A stretch of 64,000 nt of DNA from Azolla caroliniana. Lineage: Eukaryota > Plantae > Polypodiophyta. How positions within the stretch are numbered: the first letter of the stretch is position 1; the number at the start of each line of letters is the position of its first letter. Under the pieces are notes generated by a model, which worked only from the letters and a program-made list of their open reading frames with translations, had not been told where the DNA came from and did not search any database. A program made the position numbers and the translations under genes. Shown in pieces: positions 12,453-25,638 of this stretch. The stretch is from positions 19,840,001 to 19,904,000 of the forward strand of contig JBHGNT010000003.1 of the NCBI GenBank assembly GCA_043228905.1. Direction: 5' to 3'.

Positions 12453-12738
12453 GTTGTTGCCTCTGTTGTAACCGCCGCCTGTGGCGAAGATCGTGAGCAT
12501 GAGGTCGTTGCCTCCGTTAACTCACTGTTGTACATTCTAACATAGTGATAGTTTGCAGCCTATGGGCTGCCGTGGTTTTTTCCCTAGTTTGGGATTTTCC
12601 ACGTAAACATCCTATGTACTCTTCTCTTCTATGTGTCGTGCATTCATTCCCGTTTTCTGTGTATGATTCTAAGCTCGGTTGTGGCCGAGCATTGCGCATT
12701 AGGAGCGTTGAGTTCCCGTCAAGTAGTATCAGAGCGAA

Positions 12739-15700
12739 ATGACACAGAAAATGGATGATTCGTTGGGAGGCATGTTCAAGCTCACCGGCTCCAACTATTC
12801 AGTGTGGAAGTCGAATATGAGGGACATGCTCGTGGTTAAAGATCTTTGGCTACCGGTTCAGTTTGGGGACAAGAGACCGGACAAAATCGACGCCACGATA
12901 TGGGAGGTGATGCACATGAAGACAACGGCGTACATACGGTGCTTCATCGACATGAGCCTATACAACAACTTCAATGAAGAGAGCAAGGCTCATGAGCTCT
13001 GGGAGAAGATCGGCATTATGTTTCAAAACAAAAATGTTGTCAATCAGGTTTCGGTATTCCGAAAGCTAGTAAGACTTCGGTACCAAGATGGCTCCAACAT
13101 GGCGGAGCACATCAATTCCTTCCAGGGGTTGATCCACCAGGCAACATCATTGGAAGTACCTCTCGCCGATGAGGTACTAGCACTACTCTTGCTCGGTTCC
13201 CTCCCGGATAGCTGGGAAACGTTGGTTGTCACTTTGGGCAACATCGGGCCGGAAGGGAAACGGTTATCCCTAGCAAGAGTAAAGTCGAGCTTGCTAGATG
13301 AGGAGGCGCGTCGGAAAGATAAAGATACGAGCTCCGACTCCAAAGCTCTCCTTACCGAATCGGAACGCGGAAGACCGTGTCCCCAGAACCGGGAGAAGTC
13401 GGGGACACGGTCAAAGTCAAGGGGAAGGCCTACTTGCTTCTATTGCAGTAAGCCGGGACACTTCCAGAAGAACTGTCGGCATTTCCGGAAAAACAAGGAA
13501 ACCGACGGTACCGATTCGAAGCGGACACCGGACCGAAACGGTAAAGACCGGAGGGGGCCGGACCGGAAGGGAATGACGGCAATCGCGGCAAGTGAAGAAG
13601 AGTTGATGCTCATCACCGAGGAGAGTGAGATAAACCTTGCCGGCGACGAGATGACCTGGGTGGTAGACTCCGGAGCATCGTTCCACCTTACCCCGGACCG
13701 GAAATGCTTCTCATCCTACTCAATCGGTGATCACGGTTGTGTCCGGATGGGGAATGAAGGTACATGCCGAATTGTCGGCATAGGAGACGTGTGGCTGTCA
13801 ACACCAACCGGATGCAAGTTGTTGCTGAAGGATGTTCGACACGTTCCGGAGGTTCGTCTAAACCTGATATCAGTCGGTCGGCTAGATGATGAAGGCTACA
13901 CAGGCAACATCCGGAACGGTGTCATGAAGTTCAGCAAAGGGAGCCTGATTGTGGCTCGGGCCCGGAAGGTCAACACACTGTACCTGATGAATGCCCGGTT
14001 ATGTCCGGAAGAAGTGAACCTGGCATCCGACACTGTCGGTGAGCTTTGGCACAAGAGACTGTGTCATATGAGCAAGAAGGGGATGAAGAGGCTTGCAGAC
14101 GACAACCTCATTCCAGTGAAGAACGTGCACTTGGAGAAGTGCACTGATTGTCTGGCCGGTAAGCAAAACCGGACCTCCTTCCGACCAAGGCCACCGATGA
14201 GACGTAATGCACCAACTCCAGTGGTGCATACGGATGTGTGTCAAGTAGACACAAAGTCACATGCCGGAGACACACCATAGAGACGGAGACACACCACAGA
14301 GAGTCTGGACCGGTAAGGAAGTGTCTTACCGGCATCTGAAGGTGTTCGGGTGTCTCGCGTACGTGCATGTAGCTAAGGACCGGAGAGGAAAGTTAGATCC
14401 AAAGACCCGGCCATGCATATTCCTCGGTTACGGCGACGATGAGTTCGGCTACCGAGTGTGGGACCCGGTCGACAAGAAGGCATTCCGGAGTCGAGATATT
14501 ATCTTCATCGAGGACAAGACGCTCGCCGACTGGGAGTTGGAGAAGAAGATAATGAACTCCGAGTCGACCAGTAAGGATCGACTCTACGATGAGCAGACCC
14601 AACCGGCAAGAGACCGGTTAGCACTCGAGGGACCGGCCGGTTACGGTGAGGATACCGAACAGGCTGAAGAAGAAGTAGAGGAAGCTGAAACCGGAACCGG
14701 CCAAGACCCCGAATCGGATTCGGATGAAGAGCAAATGGAGGAGCCGGTTACCGAAGCCCGAAGACGGAGATATCCTCTCAGAGAGAGAAGGGCCCCCCAA
14801 AGATTTCCGGATGCAGAGCATGTGCTGCTGACCGATGAGGGGGAGCCGGAAAGCTTCGAAGAAGCGAAGGATGACACCCACAGCCGAAAATGGTTAAGTG
14901 CCATGCAGGATGAGATGGATTCCCTGCATGAGAACCATACGTACGAATTGGTGGAGTTGCCGAAAGGAAAGCGGGCACTCCGAAATAAGTGGGTGCACAA
15001 GTTGAAACCGGGAGATGCCGGCAACCCCCCGAGATACAAAGCCAGGATCGTGGTGAAGGGGTTCCAGCGGAAGAAGGGCGTGGATTTCGACGAGATATTT
15101 GCCCCAGTAGTAAAGATGACCTCCATCCGGACGATGCTGAGTATAGCGGCAAGCATGGACATCGAGGTAGAGCAGCTAGACGTGAAGACAGCATTCCTTC
15201 ACGGCGACCTCGAAGAGGAGATCTACATGCAGCAACCAGAAGGATTCGTGGAGAAAGGGAAGGAGCACCTGGTTTGTCGGTTGAAGAAGAGCCTCTACGG
15301 GTTGAAGCAAGCCCCCCGGCAATGGTACCGGAAGTTCGACTCCTTCATGACCGATCAAGGGTACCACAAGACGCAGGCCGATCACTGCGTCTTTGTGAAG
15401 AAGTTCGAAGGAGGCGACTTCCTGATACTCCTTCTATACGTGGATGACATGTTGATCGTCGGACGGGACCAAGTCGAAATACGGATGCTGAAGAAGGCTC
15501 TCAATCGGACCTTCTCAATGAAAGACTTGGGTCCGGCAAGACAGATGTTGGGGATGCATATTATCTGGAACCGATCAGTGAAGCAATTGTGGCTGTCACA
15601 GGAGAAGTACGTGACAAAGGTGCTTCACCGGTTCAACATGTCAGATGCGAAACCGGTCGGATCGACACTTCCGGCAAACTGCAGGTTATCCGGTAAGCAA

Positions 15701-16410
15701 AGCCCGAAGACGAAAGCAGAGAAGGCGGATATGATGAAGATTCCATATGCCTCTACCGTCGGGAGCCTAATGTACACAATGGTGTGTACTCGACCGGATA
15801 TAGGATACGCAGTCGGAGTGGTGAGCCGGTTCATGAGCAATCCCGGCAGGGAGCACTGGAACGCGGTCAAATGGATACTCCGGTACTTGAAGAGCACTTC
15901 GCATATGTGTCTCCAATTCGGCTCCGGAAAACCTCAACTTGACGGTTTTACCGATTCGGACATGTCAGCTGATGTGGATACCAGTCGGTCTACATCCGGG
16001 TATATAATGACATATGCAGGGGGAGCTGTTTCGTGGTAATCGAGGCTGCAGAAGACGGTTGCGTTGTCAACCACGGAAGCGGAGTACATGGCGGCTGTGG
16101 AAGCCGGCAAGGAAATATTATGGATGAAGGACTTCATCGGAGAGCTCGGTATCCGGCAAGATGAATACCGGCTCTATTGCGACAGTCAAAGTGCCATCCA
16201 CCTTGCTAAGAATGCGGCCTACCATTCCCGGACGAAACATATCCAGCGAAGGTATCACTGGATCTGGGAAAGAGTAGATGACCAGGAGTTCGCGCTGACG
16301 AAGATCCACACGGCCGAGAACGGGTCAGATATGTTGACCAAAGTGTTGATACCCGACAAGCTGGATGCATGCCGGAAGCGGGTCGGACTAGTAAGACACC
16401 CCATGCCGGG
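12739..16410 (+). pseudogene. Copia-1 gag-PR-INT-RT-RH polyprotein
   Basis: CFYCSKPGHFQKNC, VDSGAS, WHKRLCH, LDVKTAFLHG, LYGLKQAPRQW, YVDD, DSQSAI, HSRTKHI, SDMLTK. Integrase core deleted at ~14265; premature TAA at 16037-16039; PPT and LTR start deleted at ~16408. Confidence 0.95.
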
Positions 16411-17105
16411 AGACAGGTCCCTCCGGATGGGAAGAGAGAAGAACAGTGCCGATGAACAAACTCGGCCGAGGCCGAATCCGGATGAGGAGTACCCGGCTAC
16501 GGAGAGCCGGATAGCGCAGACCCGATGAGAACCGGATGAGGAGTACCCAGCTACGGAGAGCCGGATGGTGCAAACCCGGTGAGAACTGGATGAGGAGTAC
16601 CCGGCTACGGAGAGCCGGATGGTGCAGACTCGGTGAGGAATGCTCACCGGATGAAGAGACATATTCGTAAATATGTTTCTGAGAGTCCATCGAGGCTATA
16701 TTTGTAAATAGCCGAAAAGTCATATTAGTATAAATATGACTTAGGGCAAACTTTTACTAACTGTTGTTGTTATTCTTGTTGGTGTAAGAAGAGAGAGCAC
16801 GTAACTGTGTACAGAGAGAGAGAGAGAGAGAGAGAGGTCGTTGCCTCTGTTGTAACCGCCGCTTGTGGCAAAGATCGTGAGCACGAGGTCGTTGCCTCCG
16901 TTAACTCACTGTTGTACATTCTAACATAGTGATAGTTTGCAGCCTGTGGGCTGCCGTGGTTTTTTCCCTAGTTTGGGATTTTCCACGTAAACATCCTGTG
17001 TACTCTTCTCTTCTATGTGTCGTGCATTCATTCCCATTTTCTGTGTATGATTCTAAGCTCGGTTGTCGCCGAGCATTGCGTATAAGGAGCGTTGAGTTCC
17101 CGTCA

Positions 17106-19135
17106 GAGTCTTGGTTGGGATGGCTTGACAAATGAAGTTTTTAAGCAATATTCGAACATTTTAAAGGGGCCCTTAACTTTGATGTTTCAACATTCTTGGG
17201 ATTTTGGTCATATGCCTCAAGCTCGGAAGGTTGGTCTAATTAAATTAGTTCCAAAGGTGGCATCTCTCGAGTCACTTCATTAATGGAGACCTATTTCTTT
17301 GATGGGGGGGTTGTATAAGATATTTACAAAGGTCTTGGCAAATAGATTACAAAAGTATTTGCCAAAGTTGATATATCCCGCCCAATATGGTTTTATTGCA
17401 TGTAGGAATATATTGCATAATGTGTTGAATGTTCGAATGGCCATGGATTATGCTCGAAACACTCATCAAGAATTGATTATGGTGCAATTAGATTTGGAGA
17501 AAGCTTATGATCATGTTAATTGGTTCTTTGTTTCTGGGTTAATGCATACAATGGGCTTTGGACCTCGTATGTCTCGTCTCATATTTTTATTAGGACAAGA
17601 TGTGGTGTCTTGAGTAATGCTTAATGAGGGAGTTACATCAAATATTGCCCTCACAAGATCCGTTCGTCAAGGATGCCATCTCAACCCACTGTTGTTTGCT
17701 ATTGTTACTCATCCCTTGTTAGTGATGTTATCAAGGCTTGCAACAAATGGTGACATTGTGGGTCTACACCTTCCGCCTGGAGGGCAACTAGTAGCACAAG
17801 CTTTGGCTGATGATTGTTTCATGTTTTTACAAGCCTCATGAGAGAATCTTGAGAAGGGGATGCTTATATGGAACCAATTTGCATTGGCTTCCGGATTACA
17901 TATTAATTGGAGGAAGTCTAGTCTCATATCATGTACTGAAAGGGATTTGGAATGTTTAGGATGGCAAGGATCCGTGGTGAAGAAAGGCTCTATTTTTCAA
18001 CACTTGGGCTATCCATTAGGAATGAATGTTACAAATGATCAATTGATCGAATGGATGTCTAGTAAGTTGCGGGATAAGTTCATGTATTGGAAGTCACAAT
18101 CTTGGTCATCTCATGTACACTTGAAGGTTGTACAATGTATTATGGAACCCATGATACTATATTACTTGCCATTGTTGCCATGGACAAAGAAGGCTTTGCA
18201 TTCTATTTTGCAACCTCTTCGATATTTATTGTGGAAGAAGAGGGATAAGATGGGAATCACTTGGGTTGCATAGAATCATCTAGCAACCCCTAAGCGCTTG
18301 GGGGGAGCTGGAATATTGAACTTATCTAAGCATATGATGGCTCATAGATTTTCATTATTACAAGACCTGTGTTCAAACTCACAACCATGGATATCTATTG
18401 TTCAATATTTCATTGAGAACAAGGGTTTAACATGTGGGAGGATAATGATTAAGGCTTCATGGTGGCAATTACTGAATGGATGTATTTCACTTAGGATTCC
18501 GGCCTCTCTATGTGTTCAACACTTGATTACCTCATGGCAAGAAGCACTATTATTATGTGTATGGAAACCATCACCTAGTAGAGACCATTGTAATTCTTTG
18601 CAAAAAGAGTTGATTGTGTCTTCTCAGTTATTATGTTAGCTAGGAAATGAGAGATTGTGCTCTCAATTTAATCGTTTGTTTCATTTGGGGGTCAAAGAGC
18701 TGGGAGATATAATTGAGGCTCCATCTCAAAGAATTTTGGAGTTTGTTGACGCGAAACAATTATTACGCATTCCACCTAATTATGGGTTTATTTGGCAACA
18801 ACTACAAAATATTCCATTGATGCAAGGTCCCTTACCTCTACAAACAGGAGAACAACCGTGGATTGATTGGTGTTTAAAGGGTCAAACGTCATTGTTACAA
18901 GTGACTACTAATCTTTTGTATCATTGCTAGTACTCATCGATTTATACAATTATGTCTGATTGATTGTCAGATTTGGAATTACATTTCTCAAATTTGGCAA
19001 GTCTTATCACGGTGTTATTTGACACCTAGACAGTGGGTGTTTGCACAATTTACACAGGTTGACCCAAAATCAGAGATGGAGATCGTTTTTCTATTTCTGA
19101 GATATTGGGGATTGCGTCATAATTGGAATATGCGA
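17106..19135 (+). pseudogene. LINE ORF2 reverse transcriptase and C-terminal region
   Basis: WRPISL, KVLANRLQ, QYGF, LDLEKAYDHVNW, VRQGCHLNPLLF, LADD and HLGYPL motifs, with several in-frame stops. Confidence 0.9.
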
Positions 19136-19224
19136 TGTCGAGGTATTCCTCGCGGATGCGTGGAATGAGGCGGGACCTCGGGGGTCTTGTACCGAAGAGC
19201 AAGAGAGAAAGGAGAAGGGAACCC

Positions 19225-22200
19225 AGCTACCGGTATCGCCATTCTCGTGCCGTCGAGTTCAGCCAGATGGTACGTCCCGTTGTCGTTGGCGCTTTGTACC
19301 ACGTAAGGCCCGAACCACCTTCTTGCGAACTTCCGTGTCGCACGGTGCTGGTTGTCGAGGCTGCTGTCGTAGACTAGCACCCAGTCGCCTTCCTCGATCT
19401 TCTTCGGTCGGAGCCGGTGCGTTCGGTCGAACCAGGCTTTGTTCCTCATCCTTGCTTCCCGAAGCTTTCCTGCAGCCTGCTCCACGTCTTCCGGCCTTCG
19501 CTTGAGCTGACGTATGCGCGCCGCCAATAGTTCCTCCCGGCTCATCTCGTCTCTCCAGTCCACGGTTGCCCATGAGAAGATTGTACGTTCCATCGGCATG
19601 ATCGGCTTCTGCCCAAACATGACCTCTGCGGGCATGAATCCGGTTACCGAACTGTGCGTAGTTCGGTCAGCCCACAACGCGTAAGGCAGCAGCTGCGCCC
19701 AGTTCCCGACTTGACCCCCGCATGCCCGAACTAACGCCTTGACGATCGGTCCGTGTCCGCGCTCTACCTTCCCATTCGCCTCCGGATTGTACGCAGTGGT
19801 AAGCGAGAGCTTGACTCCTAACCGGTCGAACAGCTCCTCGGCCTCTTCGGCATCCAACTCCCCGCGATCAGCCACGATCTTCCCGATGCACCCGTACCGG
19901 CATATCACGTCCTCGATCAGGAACCGACATACGGCTGCAGTCGTTTTGTTTTGAAGGGCCCGGCCTTCCACCTGGTTCGTCAGATCTTCCCGAGCCAGGA
20001 CCAGATACCGCATCTGTCTTACTCCCATCGGCATCGTCACCAGATCTACCATCCATTTGAAGTGGATGGTCGGAGGGTACGTAGGGTGAAGCTCGTCCCG
20101 ATGTCGGACTACAGAGTGCATCTGACAGCTCTCGCAAGTTGTCACGAACCGATGCACGTCCCGGTACAATTCCGGCCACCAGTACTTCCCCTTTATCTTC
20201 TCGAACGTGGCCCACGTTCCACGGTGTCCAGCCCAAGGGCTGTCGTGGTAGGCCGTCAGCAGCTCCTCCTGTTCTTCCTTCATCGCCACCACCCGGAGCG
20301 GGACGCCGTTCCTCTTCTTCGGGTGCTTCCATAGGTATCCGTCCCGGAGAAAGAATCGGTAAGCTTTCTTCCGGATTCGGTTGTCCTCGTCCTTCGTCCA
20401 TGACGCATCCGGCGTCATTGTTCTCAAAAATCCACCGATCTGGAGCCACTCGCCGTCGTACTTGCTCTCGTCGAAGTCGTTAAGTGCCGGAGTGCTCGTC
20501 CCATCGGTCGTCACGTACACCGCCTCGAAGAAGTCCACGCCGACTTCTTCGTCCTCCGAAACCATGCTGCCCTCGTCATCAAACCTCGCCCTCGAAAGCA
20601 TGTCGGCCATGGCGTTGTCCTTTCCGGAAATGTGCCGTATTTCTGGATCCAGGGACTTGATGTACGCTATCCACCTAAGCATCGCCAGGTCCGGTGTCGC
20701 GCATCCGGAAACCATGCCGAGAATTGGCAGGCAATCCGTCTCGATAATCACTTCTGTCCCGATCAGGTAGTCTTTGTCGGCCTTTACTGCCGAAACGATA
20801 CCCCAGAGTTCGCGTTTAACCTGGGCGTACCCTCGTTGTCGCTCACTGAGGACCTTCGCGCCGAATCGAATCGGGAACCGAATGCCGTCCCCGTCTTCTT
20901 GGTTGACGACCCATCCGATCCCGGTCGGACTCGTATCCACCGTTATGTATACCGGGGTACCCTTCTCGTAGACAGCCTTCCAGAGCGCCGGTGCTGCCGC
21001 AAGAGCTTCCTTCAGCTTCCGGACCGACTCCGTGTGCTCGTCTCGCCACTCGAATTTTCGCCCTTTCTTCAGCAACCCGTATAGCGGCTCCGCAACGTGG
21101 GCGTAATGCGGGATCCATATGTGGTAGAATGCGCATGCCCCCAGGAACCTCCGAACTTCCGTAACCGAGCTACAGTCGGTCTTCATCGCGGAGATGGCTT
21201 CTACCTTTGCCGGAGACGGCTTCCGGCCATATGGTCCACATAGGTGTCCGACCACCAGGATTTCTGATTGCCCGAAGGCCAATTTCTCCCCGGAGAAGGT
21301 TAGCCTCGCATCCTCCCCGGCATGAATCGTCGGCATCCGTCCGGTCCGAGTGTTGCGTCCTTCTCTTCTACCGGGCACCCCTTGATCGAAATGTCGTCTA
21401 GAAATGGCATGGTGATGTCCGGGATGCAATCCCTCAGTACCTTGTTCATTGCATTCACCATGTGGGCCACCGAGTTGGTCCCTCCTTGTGGCAGGGTACA
21501 CATTCGCACTAGGCCGAGGGGGGTTCGCATCGTCGTAATGTCTCTGCTCTCCACGGCTAGCTGGAACTGGTTGTACCCCGAGTACAGATCACCGACCGAG
21601 TAAATCGACCTTCCGGCAAAGGCCTCCGCGAACTCGTCTATGGTCGGTCCGATTCCTGCGTTCCGAATGGTCACTCTGTTGACCGGCTGCAGGTCTTGAA
21701 TGAAGCGTAATGTTCCGTTTTTCTTTGGTACGGTAAACCATCGGTTCGAGTATGGGGCACTTGACGGTTCGAGAATGCCCATATCGACTTTCTGCCTCAA
21801 TAGCTCCATCAACTTCGGGATGTGAGCTCTCGGTACTGGAATCGGCTTGAGATTCCACGGCACATGCGGTACCGTGAATATCACCATCGGCTCCACGATC
21901 GTCGGGTCTACGCACCCGATCTCTTCCGGTGAGAATGCGAAGGCTTTCCCGTGCCTTCCGAGCATCCTCCGAAACCGGTCTTCCTCCGCCGGCAGTAGGA
22001 ACCCGCCCCCACCGATCTTGAGCTCCCGGAGCGTCCCGTCGGTGAAGGTGTGTCCTATGCAGGCCGGATCTCGTAAACTGGGGTCCGACGCAACCCCTCT
22101 GATTCGGGACTCGCTACCCTCCGGTAAGGGTGTCGCGACTGGCCTTACCTTCCGGTCCACAGTCTTGTACTTCGTGCTAACTCGGGCCGTCTGATCCGAC

Positions 22201-24694
22201 CGGAGCCCCTGGCTGAAGTTCGCGATGACTTCGTACATCTCTTCGGAACATACCGGTATCGTCCGGTCTTCATTAAGGTCTTCCCCAGCTACCTCCCTCA
22301 GCATTCCCAAGGTGTCGTCGAAGGAGACCGCCTCCACGGCTCCGCTGATTTCCTCGTCCGGGCCGAGAACTCCGCACGCTCGAAGTCGCACTTCCGCCCT
22401 TGTCTTTTCTCGGCCAACGATGCCGACTATCATACACCCTCCGTTGTTGGAGAAGCAAAACTTCCTACCTATCGTACAGGGTTCCTTCGGTTTCGGTTCT
22501 ATCGTACAGTCGTGGGGTCTTTTCCGAGTGTCCGGGTTGTCTCGGCCCCATGCCTTGGCAGCCCTCTCTAAAAATCCTCCCGGTTCTCGCCACCGAGGGA
22601 TTCGCGGTTTCGCTCGTGGTTCGGCCGCACCGTGAGAAATTGGACCGAACGGCGCTCGTCCTGGCTTTTGACCCTCGCGTAGGCCGAACCGTTGTCCAGC
22701 ACCTTGGTCTCCATTCGCGCCGCCGTGATGTATGGCTCCCCTAATATGACCGGGTGCGAGGACGTCTCCTGTACGAAGAAGTGCTGGTCAATCTCGACGT
22801 CGCCAATCTTGACTCGCACGTTCGGGCAGGCCCCATGCAGTTCCTCGGTGGCGCGCGTCGCCGCCCGTATCTTCCACCCGTGCTTGGTGTTGATCGGCCA
22901 CTTTCCCTTCTTATAGAAGTCCATGGACATTAGGTTTATTTCCGAACCGTGGTCCACCAATGCCACCACCGGTTCCTGAACATCTTCGATCTTTACCGGG
23001 GTCTCCATGGTCGCTCGGGCCTAGTGCGGCCTTGAATAGTGGCTCTCCGCCCACTCATCTTCCAGCGCCATGTCGTCGATGTGCGTCATCCGCACCTCCA
23101 CCGGTCTTTCCGGTTCCGTCTCCGTCGACAGCCTCTTCCGTTTCACCAGGTCCACAATGGAGTCGTGGAACTCCTTCTTGGCGATCCCTAGCACCTCTTG
23201 CAATGACAGCTCCACTTTGCTGTCGAGGATCCGTTCTTCTAGGACCTTTCGTAGGTCCGTGGTCCTTTCTATTCCCGTCCCCAGTCGGTATCCGCCCTTC
23301 CTGGGGTTATCTTGCGAGCTGGACCCACCGGCATCGTTCCGTCGTTGCCCGAATCGGGTCTCGTACCGTTGTGAGGGCCCGGCCGATTCGGCTTTCCCCA
23401 CTCGTTTGTCTTCTACCAAAGCCTCGTAGTTCCGGCAGGCGGCTTCTACAAAGCCCGTCTTCTCCTCGACCGGGTCACTCCACCCGGTTATTTCCCGGAC
23501 CCGTCTCTCAGTGCGGTCCGTTTCATCTTTCCTCAGCCGTGCGCTGGCGAGGCCTTCCAGCATTGCCGACCAGAACCTGTCTTTGCTCTCCTTTCGGGCC
23601 TCGCTGCCCCCGACCCGAATACCGGCCGACGTCGAGTAGTGGATGGCCTCCACGTGTCGGGCCGCTGCCTCTTCCATCAGTCTCTTCATACCCCCTCGCC
23701 CGTCGTTTCGGTTCAGGGCCCTTCTGGTGTCGCCGACGTGCACCCGGCCTTCCCACAGGTACACCACCCGATTCCTCAACGCCTCTGCGAAATCGCCGCA
23801 GTCCTTCCGAATGTGGCCGACCTCGTCGCACCACATGCACCTGTTCCCTGTTGCCGGTCATCGGTCACGAGCCGGTTCGCCGCCTTCCCTTCGAGCCTGG
23901 GCGATCTAGAGATCCTTTATCGCCCGCGTCAACTCCTCCAGGGCTGCTCCTCCGGATGAGCCATTGACCATGCTGGTCGAAGCCGAACCGGTTTCGAGCC
24001 ACTCCCGGGCTTCTGCCCTTCGCTCTTGCGGTGCCGGTTCAAGCCTCCTTGCTGTGACAGAGCCCGCACCGGCCGCCCCGTTATCAGCCCATTCTCGCCG
24101 TTTGTCGAAACGGCCACAGACTCTCTTAACCGCAGCCCAGTCGGTCATCAGCCCGTCTTCGGTTTCCAGCAAGGAGCCGACTTGATCCCGGTCCCGCTCA
24201 TCCACCGACTTGACGAGCAGTAGGACCCAGCTCGTATCCAGAACGGTTCGGTCAAGCGCCGAAAGGCGCGCAAAGCGTTCCTCAAACTCCCGGAGGAGTG
24301 TCGACGCGTTTCTTCCCTTGCCGGGGGACTCCACCCATTCCATGAAGTCTCGTTTCGAAAGTCGGAGCGCGTCGTCCAGCCCGTATTTTTCTAGGAGTCG
24401 GCCTTCGAACTCCTCCCAGGTACGGCTCTCCGCCCGTACCTCGAGCACCTCCGCATGGATGCTCGGCATCGCCACTCGAGGGAACCCGGCAAGATGCCTC
24501 TCTTCCGGAATGTCCCGCATCAGCATTTCTGCCCCGTAGGACGCCAAATACTTCGTGGCATTCTTTCCGCTGAACCGGCCGATCGTACCGACGACCGCCT
24601 CAATGGCTCTGTCGAGGGCGCCGGAACCCTCGCGTGCGCTCAATATCCGATCCACGGCCGAAGCCATGGCCTCCGCAAGATCCGACCCTTTCAT
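19225..24694 (-). pseudogene. Gypsy-2 gag-PR and RT-RH-INT coding region
   Basis: Gag GRFSGKNATKYL and a CMWCDEVGHIRKDC knuckle; protease LVDHGSEINLMS; RT DLYSGYNQ, LPQGGTNS, FLDD; RH VDTSPTG, ETDCLP; INT HRGTWAT, CESC, YNPEANGKVER, WFGPY. Deletions at ~23850-23900, ~21320 and 19225. Confidence 0.92.
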
Positions 24695-24716
24695 CTTCTG
24701 CTCTTCTGCCGCCTTG

Positions 24717-24734
24717 TTCACGTCGGGTTCACCA
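24717..24734 (-). promoter_or_regulatory. Primer-binding site complementary to the tRNA-Trp 3' end
   Basis: Plus strand TTCACGTCGGGTTCACCA matches the 3' 18 nt of plant cytosolic tRNA-Trp as recalled; it lies 3 nt from the LTR. Confidence 0.85.
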
Positions 24735-25638
24735 AGATGTCGAGGTATTCCTCGCGGATGCGTGGAATGAGGCGGGACCTCGGGGGTCTTGTACCGAAGA
24801 GCAAGAGAGAAAGGAGAAGGGAACCCACTACGTGCGAGCGTAGATTCACAGGGACACAGCCCTTCGACACAAAGACGCGAGTGGGATAGCGACACAGAGA
24901 GACACGAATGTATGTATGTATTAACAAAGACAAACAACAAGAACACGAAGTCGGTTACAACCGAACAGGCCGGCGAACAGATGCCGATGCCTGTTCGTAA
25001 ACACACAGAAAGAAAGGAGTAGGTTGGAGGTGTTGCCGGAAGCACTCGGGCATTCCTCAGAGCAGCGCGAGCCTCCCGAAACCTGCACAGAAGAAGCTAT
25101 GGAGTTTGGAAGAGAGAGCAGCCTTCGGCCCACAATCCGACAGCACTTCGTCCTCTCTTACCTCGCTATCCCTTCCTCCTCCACGTCTCCCTCCTTTTAT
25201 AGGCAAGAAGGGAGCCGTTTCCTATTAACTTCCTACCTACCGAATCTACCTACCTAGGATCTTCCATGTCCCTAATTCTCTCCTATGTACAACACAAGGC
25301 GTACGTGCATGAAGAGCCGGTTCCTATGCTCCGGCGCACCGATTCCGCTCGTGGACGGTTTTCTTCACGACAGCGCAGCACTTTTGTATTCGATGATAGA
25401 CATGGAGTGAAAGCATATGTACGAAAGTTAAAGGGAGTACTAATGTGGCAATTTTCTTTATTGGAGCAAGTGAAAATTCTTTCCTTTGTAGAGTGTTCGT
25501 CTTGCCTATTGGCAATTCAACATGTTCCACTACCCATGTAGTGTAGTGTAGTTAGTGGGTGACCATACTCCATTGTCACACCCATTGTAAGTAGTGTTTT
25601 TTACACACATTTATTAATATAATTGTGTGTTTTCACCA

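Larger units (their letters stand above)
11994..17105 (+). mobile_element. Ty1/Copia LTR retrotransposon (Copia-1), TSD GAGTC, internally deleted
   Basis: LTRs 11994-12721 and 16408-17105 are near-identical. GAGTC at 11989-11993 and 17106-17110. PBS TAGTATCAGAGC at 12724-12735 (iMet, one mismatch). Confidence 0.95.
19136..25372 (-). mobile_element. Ty3/Gypsy LTR retrotransposon (Gypsy-2), tRNA-Trp primed, 4-bp TSD GCGA/GCGC
   Basis: TGTCGAG...CACGACA termini. 5' LTR 24738-25372; 3' LTR remnant 19136-19224 is identical to 24738-24826. Removing the element restores the LINE frame NMRSTF. Confidence 0.92.

Noticed and set aside
22960-23967. 335-aa plus-strand ORF and other antisense ORFs over Gypsy-2 and Copia-1
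   Set aside because: Low-complexity shadow frames of GC-rich coding sequence, with no motifs.
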